Assembly: GCA_964425075.1 (NCBI GenBank)
Contig: CAYRKM010000001.1
Location: 266,484 to 330,483 of the forward strand
Direction: 5' to 3'
Length of the DNA: 64,000 nt
DNA from: an uncultured Gammaproteobacteria bacterium
Lineage (GTDB): Bacteria > Patescibacteriota > Microgenomatia > Levybacterales > GWA1-39-11
The stretch's first letter is position 1; each line of letters begins with the position of its first letter. Of the stretch, positions 56,019-64,000 are shown piece after piece. The translations under genes and the position numbers were made by a program. Below the pieces are notes generated by a model. That model made no database searches and was not told the DNA's origin. It saw only the letters and a program-made list of their open reading frames with translations.

Positions 56019-56573
56019 ATGGCAATATATACAAAAAAAGGAGATAAGGGAAAAACCGCATTGGGAAGCGGGGTCAGGGTGTATAAAGATACCCCGAGAG
56101 TGGATACATATGGCACAATTGATGAGCTAAACGCGTCTTTGGGGATAATCAATGCTCAGCTTTCTTTAGTTCATAAAAAATACGCGCCTTATCTTTCCAG
56201 AATTACACTTCTTATTCAAGACGATTTATTTTCAATTGGTGCATATCTTTCAAATCCTGCAAACCGTGAATTAGTAAAAAACCTATCATCAAGAACAGTT
56301 GAGTTTGAGAAGTATATCGACGAGATGACTGAGAAAATGCCTGAAATTACCAATTTTACTGTTCCCGGTGGGACAATTGTTGCTTCGCACCTTCATTTGT
56401 CCCGTACTATTTGTAGAAGAGCTGAGCGCAAACTCGTAACATTGATGAAAAAAGAGAAAGTAAATGAGGATGTGGTGAAGTATATAAATAGACTATCTGA
56501 CCTTTTATTTACCATGAATAGATTTTCAAACTTTAGTGAAAAAGTAAAAGAAGTTATTTGGAAAAGACGATAG
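56019..56573 (+). CDS. pduO: ATP:cob(I)alamin adenosyltransferase, PduO/MMAB type
   Basis: MAIYTKKGDKGKTALGSGVRV...DTYGTIDELNASLG N-terminal signature; 184 aa. Confidence 0.8.
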   Translation: MAIYTKKGDKGKTALGSGVRVYKDTPRVDTYGTIDELNASLGIINAQLSLVHKKYAPYLSRITLLIQDDLFSIGAYLSNPANRELVKNLSSRTVEFEKYIDEMTEKMPEITNFTVPGGTIVASHLHLSRTICRRAERKLVTLMKKEKVNEDVVKYINRLSDLLFTMNRFSNFSEKVKEVIWKRR

Positions 56574-56577
56574 ATAG

Positions 56578-56716
56578 ATTTACGGGTGAAGTCGGGTGGA
56601 ATTCCCGCGCTGTGCCGCAACTGTGAATCCGCCGATGAGGCGGAAAGCCAGGCCCCCAAGAGACTTTTCGAGCCCCGCACCGTTGTGGTACAGGGTCATG
56701 CATCATATGGTGCATG
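56578..56716 (+). promoter_or_regulatory. Cobalamin riboswitch 2, upstream of the 457-aa unknown protein. Start codon embedded in CATGCA/TGCATG hairpin
   Basis: GGGTGAAGTCGGGTGGAATTCCCGCGCTGTGCCGCAACTGTGAA core and GAAAGCCAGGCCCCC B12 box; GC-rich structured region. Confidence 0.75.
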
Positions 56717-58087
56717 GCAAGAAGCATTTTCTATGACCTTCTCGAAAAGCGAGAAGGTTTTTTTTGGACCAAAAAGTATATGGAAAGATTTCAAAGATCA
56801 GCATTAGTAGAGCAGGTGCCTCCAGCAGTGGATTGTGCGTATATTCAGGGTGAAATTTCTCAGGCGCGGGACAGATTGTTGTCTCAATGGCAAAATAATG
56901 GACGACAAGTGCGTTCATTTGAACCAGAATTTGATAGGGTTTGCTATGTTACATTAGGACGATTTAAGGATAGTAATCCAGAGGCCTATTTTGAGGCAAA
57001 AAAACAGCTTGATAGCATTACCGAAACCAATCTTAAAACAACAGTTGGAGAAAGGCTAAACGCTTCACTAAGTCAGTGGGAATATGACATTAAAGAGGAT
57101 GGGATATATGCACAGGGGACAACGGAGAAAGCTATAGAAATGTATAGGAGAGGCAGAAATTTTAGGCGTATTCATGGAAAAGGGGTTGATTTTGCGCGTG
57201 AAGAGGCAGAGCTTGATGGTTTTTCATCAATTGATGATGAATTTATAGATGGGACACAAGTACCCGAGGGGACTATGTGGATTTCTTTCTCTCCCCGAGG
57301 AGACGTTCAGGGTGGGTCAATTTACTCACATAATTTCTATGATATATTGACGGTTAAAAAAAGAGACGGGAAACATTATATTGAGTCAAGAAGGTATGCA
57401 AGTGCGCTTACTCCAGAGGAAAGTATAAAAAAAATTACTCAATTAGATCCTGAGCAATTTGAGGATGCTCAGCCTACAGCTGAATACCTCTTAGCTAACC
57501 CCATCAAATTAAGTGCTCAAAACGGTATGTTTGAAAATGCAGACGAGTTGCATTCATATCTTCATAAAAATATTGATAAAGTCATCACAGCGGATCAATT
57601 TGAATTTGTGCTTCAAAGGATAAAGCCCGCAATTAGCGAGTATTTAAAGGGATTGAATGATAATCCCAATGATTCATTGGGGCAGCTTGAGAAACTTCGT
57701 GGTGTACTAAACTCAGCTGATGCAACAGTTGATATGTTGGCAGGTAAAAGTGGGGGAGGTATGGTTGTTGAGGAGATGAGGCCACTTACTGCTTATGAAC
57801 TTGTAGCATATCGACAGTCAGAGGTAAAACCGGTTCAGGCTGGATGTGGATTTTCTGGGGATTATGGAGGGGGCATACTTGATTCATCTCAAAGCGTCTT
57901 TAGTGTTGCAGAATTTGGAGCAGACCAAAAAAAAGCAGAAGATGATCCTAATTTATGTAAATGTGGTGGAGAAAGGCCTCATTTTCATTGTCCGGGAAAA
58001 ATAGAGGACGAGGAATGCAATCGGAAGATAATTGTAGGTCAAGGAATAAAATCCTGTCCTAGCTGTGGAGAAGGAAAACGTTGTTAA
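56714..58087 (+). CDS. Hypothetical cytoplasmic protein with C-terminal Cys-rich zinc-ribbon-like tail, under cobalamin riboswitch control
   Basis: 457-aa ORF; C-terminal CKCGGERPHFHCPG...CPSCGEGKRC; no corrinoid-binding DxHxxG motif seen. Confidence 0.5.
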   Translation: MARSIFYDLLEKREGFFWTKKYMERFQRSALVEQVPPAVDCAYIQGEISQARDRLLSQWQNNGRQVRSFEPEFDRVCYVTLGRFKDSNPEAYFEAKKQLDSITETNLKTTVGERLNASLSQWEYDIKEDGIYAQGTTEKAIEMYRRGRNFRRIHGKGVDFAREEAELDGFSSIDDEFIDGTQVPEGTMWISFSPRGDVQGGSIYSHNFYDILTVKKRDGKHYIESRRYASALTPEESIKKITQLDPEQFEDAQPTAEYLLANPIKLSAQNGMFENADELHSYLHKNIDKVITADQFEFVLQRIKPAISEYLKGLNDNPNDSLGQLEKLRGVLNSADATVDMLAGKSGGGMVVEEMRPLTAYELVAYRQSEVKPVQAGCGFSGDYGGGILDSSQSVFSVAEFGADQKKAEDDPNLCKCGGERPHFHCPGKIEDEECNRKIIVGQGIKSCPSCGEGKRC

Positions 58088-58224
58088 TTGAGGCTAAAAA
58101 GAGGTACTACCTTATAGTAATAATTGGGAAATGTGGATAACTCGGGATAACTTTACAGATATAGCCCTATAACATATTTAGATCTTAGCATAGGCTAATT
58201 ATGTTTTGAAAAGGATTTATATCT

Positions 58225-58944
58225 TTGATTTCTAGATATAATATATTAGTGTTTGATTTCATAGCCTCTATTTTCTATCCAAAATCATGCGTGGGATGTA
58301 GGAAGCCTGGAAGCTATATTTGCCCTGACTGTTTTGCTAAAATTTCCTTTTTAGAATATCAATATTGTGCTGTTTGTCAAAAAGGTACCATCAACGGCTT
58401 AACTCATCCTCGATGCCTTACTCCTTATTCAATTGATGGAATAATTGCGAGTATCTCTTATAAAGGAATCGTTAAAAAACTTCTTTATCAGTTCAAATAC
58501 CGTCCATATCTATATGACCTGAAATCTCCCTTGGGGAGACTTATGTATGAAGGTCTTATTCAAAACGAAACATTTATGAATTTTGCACGTAAAAAAGATG
58601 TATTTATAACTCCAATTCCGCTTCATGCTAGACGAGAAAAGAAGAGAGGCTATAACCAGTCTAAATTATTGGCTCAGGAGTTATCAAAAAGAACAGGGAT
58701 TTTACATATTGATGAGATTTTGAGTAGAAAGATTTATACAAAACCTCAATTCCAACTTACAAAGGAGGAGAGAAAAAATAATTTAAAAAATGCCTTCAAG
58801 GTAAATAAAGATGTGAAGGGAAAAAATATATTACTAGTTGATGATATTACAACAAGTGGAGCCACCATGCGTGAATGTGGCAAAATTTTAAAGAGAAGTG
58901 GGGCAAAAAAAGTGCTTGGAATTGCCCTCGCGCACGAAGGATAA
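58225..58944 (+). CDS. comFC: ComF-family protein (double zinc ribbon plus phosphoribosyltransferase domain), TTG start
   Basis: N-terminal CVGCRKPGSYICPDC...CAVC. PRTase motif ILLVDDITTSGATMRE. Confidence 0.75.
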   Translation: MISRYNILVFDFIASIFYPKSCVGCRKPGSYICPDCFAKISFLEYQYCAVCQKGTINGLTHPRCLTPYSIDGIIASISYKGIVKKLLYQFKYRPYLYDLKSPLGRLMYEGLIQNETFMNFARKKDVFITPIPLHARREKKRGYNQSKLLAQELSKRTGILHIDEILSRKIYTKPQFQLTKEERKNNLKNAFKVNKDVKGKNILLVDDITTSGATMRECGKILKRSGAKKVLGIALAHEG

Positions 58945-58950
58945 AATTTG

Positions 58951-59309
58951 TGGAGATGGGGGGTTTTGAGCCCCCGTCCAAAAATCATCCATAAAAACAT
59001 CTACAAGCGTAGTTCCCTCTAATTCTTGCCATATCTAACCGTTGGAACAAAGAAAATATGACAAAGGCCTAATACGAAACGGGCTGGCCAGCTCCGTTAA
59101 GTTTTTCTAGCAGGTTAATGCCTGTATCTTTGTGCTAGAAGCAAGTTGATACAAACAGGTCTTAGGTATTAAGCAAACGCAAAGTTTGGTTTAAAACCAA
59201 GTCCGCTAAATTGTGATTTAGCATGTATTTTTGAACCTCTTTTACGACTTTGGTTCATTGTCGGCTTGCAGTTTTTAAGGTACAATTCTTGTCGATGCAG
59301 TGCATCCCC
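58951..59309 (-). ncRNA. ssrA: tmRNA (SsrA), standard one-piece form
   Basis: Minus-strand 5' GGGGATGCACTGCATCGACAAG... 3' ...GGACGGGGGCTCAAAACCCCCCATCTCCA. Acceptor stem carries the G3:U70 wobble (AlaRS identity) and discriminator A. T-arm GGGGG/CCCCC. Putative tag ORF GCT AAA TCA ... GCG TTT GCT TAA (AKSQFSGLGFKPNFAFA). Adjacent to smpB. Confidence 0.75.
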
Positions 59310-59349
59310 AAGACAAGTATTATAGCAAATAGGCCTATAGAAATCAAGT

Positions 59350-59790
59350 TTAGATAAGGTTTTTTAGCTCTTTTTCTCGGTCGCGTTCAATCGCCTGCTG
59401 TTTTAAATCCTTACGTCTTTCGAATTCTCTTTTACCGCGGGCAAGCCCAATTTCAAGCTTAAAATGTCCGTTTTTAAGGTATAAGGAGAGTGGAGCGAGA
59501 GTAAATTTTCCGGTATCAAGCTTGTTTTTGAGAGTTAATAGCTCTTTTTTATGAAGTAAAAGCTTGCGGGTTCTGTCTTCCTGATAGCCTTCCTTGCGGG
59601 AATATTGGTAGGGAAATATTTTGGAATTTATCAAATAAGCTTCACCACTCATTAATTTTACATACGAGCCCGAAAGATCAACATGGCCAAGCCGGATGGC
59701 TTTAACCTCAGAGCCCAAAAGCTGAATGCCGGCTTCATATTTCTCATCAATTTTAAATCTATTTGGCGCAGTTTTGTTATAAATTTTCAT
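59350..59790 (-). CDS. smpB: SsrA-binding protein
   Basis: 146 aa; conserved GxEVKAIRLG region and basic C-terminal tail. Confidence 0.85.
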   Translation of the reverse strand: MKIYNKTAPNRFKIDEKYEAGIQLLGSEVKAIRLGHVDLSGSYVKLMSGEAYLINSKIFPYQYSRKEGYQEDRTRKLLLHKKELLTLKNKLDTGKFTLAPLSLYLKNGHFKLEIGLARGKREFERRKDLKQQAIERDREKELKNLI

Positions 59791-60075
59791 ATTCTCTGGA
59801 TGTAGTAATTATACTTGTATTATATATGTTTGAGACCCACCTTCGCCAAGGCTTCGGCGGGCGAGGGGAGTGAGCTCAAATTATAGAGAAATGATACAGT
59901 CTGATATAGTTGTCAGTGAAAAGTGGTGTGGATAACTTTTCACACCAACCCAATTTTATTGGCAAATCTATAGGATGTGTGCTAAGGGGTTTTGAGGCTA
60001 AATCAAGGGTAAGAATGGAGGAATACGAAAAAAAACCGAAAAGGCTTTCTTGAGATGCAATATTAGATAGGTTTC

Positions 60076-61977
60076 TTACAAATCAAAAGAATTTAATGCA
60101 TCATTAACTACAACATATCCCTTTTTATTTTTTTCATCTATTGCAAATGAAGTAGCGTTTTCAAATTCATTCCATTCGTATTGATTTTGATATTCACCTT
60201 TTTTAGAAAGGGCCACTACTCTCTGATTTTTCACGTCTAGAATATATAGATTTGAATAATCAACATCAGTGTAAATTTGAGAATTTGTGCTAAAAGGGGC
60301 AAGAAGCCCTTTAATTTCATATGCTTCCCTCTTCCCTTTTGTGAACTTCACAATTTCTCCATTGTCCTCTAAGATCCATACCGAACCGTCAATTGAGAAA
60401 GAGATTGGGTTTGCCTCAAAAGTGGGTTTTTCAGCAAAATATGAAGTAGAATTTTCTGAGGGCGCACGGTATTTTTCAATATCGTCTCCATTCAGAACAT
60501 AAAAATTGCTTCCAAAAAGTTCAATTGCGCTCCCTTTTACTTTCTCAAGAACGGTTTCTTTACTCCCATTGCCTTTATCTATCCGCTCAACCCCATCTCC
60601 TAGAATGTATATAAATTTCTCATCGGCGGTTATTAGCGATCCAGAAGTTTCGGTTTCAAACGATTCATCTATGCCGCCAGTTGGCCTTAAGGTTGCTATC
60701 TTTTTGCCTTTTTCACTAACTACTGCAAGTTGTCCTCCTTTTATTGTTACAGCATCAATTGATGGAAGTTCGTCTGAAGATTTTGTTATAACCTTTTGGT
60801 TTTTAATTTGCCCTCCCCCACCAATACTTTCAATTTTAGACTGAATGTCTTTTAAAAGTGCTGCAAGGTCTTTATATTCTTGTGAACTTTCGGGGAATTT
60901 TGAAATTGATCCCTCAATAAGCTTTTGGGAATCCAGCAATTTTTCAAGAGCAAGCGATTTATTAAGACTTTCAAGCTCAACGCCCTCATCGAACGTAGAC
61001 TTAGCTGGCGTATACACCTTTGCAAATTCTTCTTGACGCGCAGCGGAATTGCGTCTATTGGTTTCAAAAACAATGCTACCTATTAGTAAAATGATAAGAA
61101 ATATAGCTACGACAACTATAATCCCCTTTTTGTTTTTAGGGGAGAAAAATGAAGTGATAGATCTAAGGGACTTAAGCGATGGAAAAGAAGGGATAAAAGA
61201 GTTCTTGGGGTGAGTAGATTCTTCTAATTCCTCAATTGGACCATCATTTTCAAAGTTTTCCTTAGGTGGTTTGGTCCATAGATTCGAAGTGACCTCATCT
61301 TCTTTTACATTTTCTTCGTGGTCTACTTCTGGTTCTTCGACTTCTTCTTGTTGCACAAATTCTTCACCTTCCTCAGAGGGAATTACTGATTTATCGATGT
61401 CTTTATATTGAAGAATGATTGCAGCTTCATTACCCTTTGACTCACCATGGACAAGGGGCGTAATATTTTCAGAAATTTGAGAAACATCATTTACGCTTAA
61501 ATATTCTTGCATTGTTGAAAGGGGAATTTTTTCATTGAATCCTCCAGTTTCGAAAGAAACAATATCATCGTGTTCAAGTCTTCCCGAAAATCCAACCAAC
61601 TCATCCTTCTTTCCTTGCGCAATTACTCCTACCCTATCTCCCCTTTTTAAAATTACAATTCCTTGGGATGCGATAACAATATAAAGAATATCCTTAACAA
61701 TAGCTCCAACTAGAATAGAATATTCATATTCAGGTTCTATTGTTTTTGCAACATTTTCGACTGCTTCTTTGATATTTTCAAGGTCTTTTTGATCGAGAGC
61801 GAAGAATTCTCGTTGGAGTTTTTCAAGAACATCTTTTCCAATAGATGCTACGGTATTCGTTGTCTTTGCGCTCTCGATGCTTAAGGCTATATAAACATTT
61901 AGAGTGGTATATGCCTGAGACCACGTGGTCTCAGTCGCATTGGGGACTATTTTTGAAAGTAAAATGTCTTGGTTCAT
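60076..61977 (-). CDS. Hypothetical membrane protein: cytoplasmic N-domain (possible PPM/SpoIIE-like fold), acidic linker, TM helix, extracytoplasmic beta-rich C-domain
   Basis: 633-aa ORF; single central TM IIVVVAIFLIILLIGSIVF. Motif assignment weak. Confidence 0.35.
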   Translation of the reverse strand: MNQDILLSKIVPNATETTWSQAYTTLNVYIALSIESAKTTNTVASIGKDVLEKLQREFFALDQKDLENIKEAVENVAKTIEPEYEYSILVGAIVKDILYIVIASQGIVILKRGDRVGVIAQGKKDELVGFSGRLEHDDIVSFETGGFNEKIPLSTMQEYLSVNDVSQISENITPLVHGESKGNEAAIILQYKDIDKSVIPSEEGEEFVQQEEVEEPEVDHEENVKEDEVTSNLWTKPPKENFENDGPIEELEESTHPKNSFIPSFPSLKSLRSITSFFSPKNKKGIIVVVAIFLIILLIGSIVFETNRRNSAARQEEFAKVYTPAKSTFDEGVELESLNKSLALEKLLDSQKLIEGSISKFPESSQEYKDLAALLKDIQSKIESIGGGGQIKNQKVITKSSDELPSIDAVTIKGGQLAVVSEKGKKIATLRPTGGIDESFETETSGSLITADEKFIYILGDGVERIDKGNGSKETVLEKVKGSAIELFGSNFYVLNGDDIEKYRAPSENSTSYFAEKPTFEANPISFSIDGSVWILEDNGEIVKFTKGKREAYEIKGLLAPFSTNSQIYTDVDYSNLYILDVKNQRVVALSKKGEYQNQYEWNEFENATSFAIDEKNKKGYVVVNDALNSFDL

Positions 61978-62210
61978 AGGCTTAATACAACTATTAATAA
62001 TAGTATAAACGAAAACGCAACATGAAGAATGGCAACTGCCCTAAAAACAGGCGCGAACGAAGAAATGGTCATAAGTCTATTATAAGTAAATATTTGGAAA
62101 GCAAGGGCAAGTGCGTAGAAATTATACATAGTTAAAGTTATAAGAATAAAAACTCTTACAAAATTGTCAGCGTCTCTAAAATAATCAATAATAGCTAGAA
62201 AATCCATCAT
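61974..62210 (-). CDS. Small hypothetical membrane protein (2 TM)
   Basis: 78 aa, translationally coupled to neighbours. Confidence 0.3.
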   Translation of the reverse strand: MMDFLAIIDYFRDADNFVRVFILITLTMYNFYALALAFQIFTYNRLMTISSFAPVFRAVAILHVAFSFILLLIVVLSL

Positions 62211-62854
62211 TTTGCCCCCAATAGGTCTCCAATAATTCTTGCAATAGTTGCGGGTCTTGGTGCTTTATCAAATTCAATGTTTTGCATGCTTCCGGCAGTC
62301 TGTACAAATACTTCCCCATAATTAAAGAGTGAGCGGACAAATCCAATTTGTGAGTAAGACACGTCTTGAATGAACTCATTTTTTGCTTCGGAAATATCTT
62401 TATATAAAATTCCATGAATATCTATATCTATTACTCTTTTACTTGTGATTATTCCTACATGAAAGTACCATAGGGTGAATTTAAGTAATACATAGCCCAA
62501 GATAATAAGATAATAGAAGAGAAGTACAAATGACTCTGTTTCAGTGCTAAGCGTGGGGAAGGGTGAGAAGCGCATCAAAAATGGAAAAAGGGCTATAGGA
62601 AGAAGAGCTAAAACAAAAGAGCCGAAAACCCAAGGAAAATTCGTTATAAAATGCCGTCTTGTAAAAAGAATAATTTCCTCGTCCTCCTCTTGATCCACAA
62701 AGCTAATATTTTTGGGGTAATCTACATACGAAGAATAAAAATGAAGCGAATTTTTATGAATTTTATTTGACCCGGTTTTTTTCTCAGATGCTAGCTCGGG
62801 AGTATTTTTATCAGTATCATTTAAAATAAATTCACCTTTGAGTGGTTCGGCCAT
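62207..62854 (-). CDS. YdbS/YdbT-like membrane protein with bacterial PH (bPH_2) domain
   Basis: Two TM helices followed by ...GILYKDISEAKNEFIQDVSY...GEVFVQTAGSMQNIEF pattern. Confidence 0.45.
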   Translation of the reverse strand: MAEPLKGEFILNDTDKNTPELASEKKTGSNKIHKNSLHFYSSYVDYPKNISFVDQEEDEEIILFTRRHFITNFPWVFGSFVLALLPIALFPFLMRFSPFPTLSTETESFVLLFYYLIILGYVLLKFTLWYFHVGIITSKRVIDIDIHGILYKDISEAKNEFIQDVSYSQIGFVRSLFNYGEVFVQTAGSMQNIEFDKAPRPATIARIIGDLLGAK

Positions 62855-62996
62855 AAAAACAAATATATATCTTCTTATTTATGTAGTGTAATAAGTTTAG
62901 TACACACCCATAAAACCATTTCATTATTGCACTGGCAACATGAGTATAACGATTATAGCGTAATTAGGATTAAAACGCACATTTCAGGCTCAAAAA

Positions 62997-64000
62997 TCAG
63001 TTTTTTTCTATATTAAAGAATGCAAAGCCCGATTGAGGAATTGAAATATATCCTGGAGCTCTAAGGTTAAATGTTTCTTTAAATTCACTACCTGGAATAT
63101 TAATGGTACCTCTATTTGTATTAAACGCGACATTTGTTGTTTGTCCGCTATTGTTATTGGTTGTAACGACTGATGAAATTGAGGTTACAGCGCCCCCAGA
63201 ACCATTTGCTTTATCTCTTAATTCAGACATTGAATAAGGGCTTCCCGAAACTCCATTAATTCCACATTCATTAATAGTTACAGGTATTATTCTTCCAACA
63301 TCTGCTCCATTAGGATTTTTTCTTACAATCCAGGCATTGATGATATCTGACATTTCCTCACCACTTAGCCATGGGTGAGATCTCCCACAGCTATTGCCAG
63401 AATTGCTATACCCTTGACGGTACCATCCTCTGTAAAACCAGGGAGAACCAGCCATGCTTTCGTATGCTCGAGATGTCCAATCTCCATTATTTGTCCTGTC
63501 AGTTGTATCCCAACCTGAGGTATTTGTGTAGCCACCCGTTGTTGAAGAATATTGCGCAGAAACATCACCATCAATAATTTCCTTATTGGTGTCATCAACT
63601 GCTTGTTTCCAGGCTGCGGGTGGATTATCGGATTTACTTTTTACAAATACTTGACATGCTTCGGTTGTGCAAATAGGTTTTCCGGCACGATTAGCATAAG
63701 TTCTTGCTGCAACCGCCTGAGCCCTTAGTGCTTCAATTGGCCAGTCGGAAGGCATTTCGCCAAGACCATAAAGATATGTTTGAAAATCCATTGTGCCATA
63801 CCCTTGGACATCTATTGTTGAGGCCATTCCATCATCTTTTTTAACTCCATGACCATAGTACCACTGGATAATATCCTTATACCCCTTACTTTCAGCCTGT
63901 TTTTTTGCCCCGTACTGACTCATTCCATTTCTGTGGGTATATGCTCCAAACGAAAATGCTGCAAATGAACCTGCGGGAGCCGATGATTTGTATCCAATTG
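62997..64000 (-). CDS. SpoIID/LytB-domain protein (amidase-enhancer/lytic transglycosylase-like). N-terminus extends beyond the window end
   Basis: ...YTHRNGMSQYGAKKQAESKGYKDIIQWYYGHGV matches the SpoIID core motif. Reading frame stays open upstream of the track Met to position 64000. Confidence 0.6.
   Translation of the reverse strand, partial: IGYKSSAPAGSFAAFSFGAYTHRNGMSQYGAKKQAESKGYKDIIQWYYGHGVKKDDGMASTIDVQGYGTMDFQTYLYGLGEMPSDWPIEALRAQAVAARTYANRAGKPICTTEACQVFVKSKSDNPPAAWKQAVDDTNKEIIDGDVSAQYSSTTGGYTNTSGWDTTDRTNNGDWTSRAYESMAGSPWFYRGWYRQGYSNSGNSCGRSHPWLSGEEMSDIINAWIVRKNPNGADVGRIIPVTINECGINGVSGSPYSMSELRDKANGSGGAVTSISSVVTTNNNSGQTTNVAFNTNRGTINIPGSEFKETFNLRAPGYISIPQSGFAFFNIEKN

Overview
This is a low-GC (~35%) bacterial fragment with the gene content and organisation typical of a reduced-genome Patescibacteria/CPR-like organism. 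It appears to span the chromosomal origin (dnaA-dnaN with consensus DnaA boxes).

Housekeeping genes recognisable from motifs include:
- a class A PBP (partial)
- a PfkB kinase-rpiB-rpe pentose cluster
- comM, the dnaG-rpoD operon, msrA/msrB/truB
- nrdR and nrdJ (class II B12-dependent RNR), a PduO-type corrinoid adenosyltransferase, comFC
- smpB next to a tmRNA (ssrA) I identified on the minus strand.

Two cobalamin riboswitches are visible. One is upstream of pduO. The other is upstream of an uncharacterised 457-aa Cys-rich protein.

The main accessory feature is a ~19-kb type IV secretion/pilus-like gene cluster (32.8-51.7 kb). It contains:
- a VirB4-family ATPase, a VirB6/TrbL-like polytopic protein, a VirB1-like lytic transglycosylase and an M23 peptidase
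- four VirB2/TrbC-like pilin paralogs, one fused to a ~400-aa extracellular domain
- an AAA+/winged-helix regulator with direct repeats in the adjacent promoter
- several large orphan proteins
- no relaxase or VirD4.

Unusual sequence-level features:
- Tandemly triplicated copies of the first 18-33 nt (start codon included) of both dnaG and nrdJ. Each upstream copy forms a short decoy mini-ORF.
- A ~1-kb high-GC (~60-65%) island encoding a secreted protein with a long (Thr-Ala)n repeat, embedded between low-GC housekeeping genes.
- An atypical tRNA-like element (canonical T-arm but an unresolved cloverleaf) next to an HTH/LAGLIDADG-like ORF.

No CRISPR array, reverse transcriptase or transposase was recognised. 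All functional calls rest on motif recognition by eye, with no database search.
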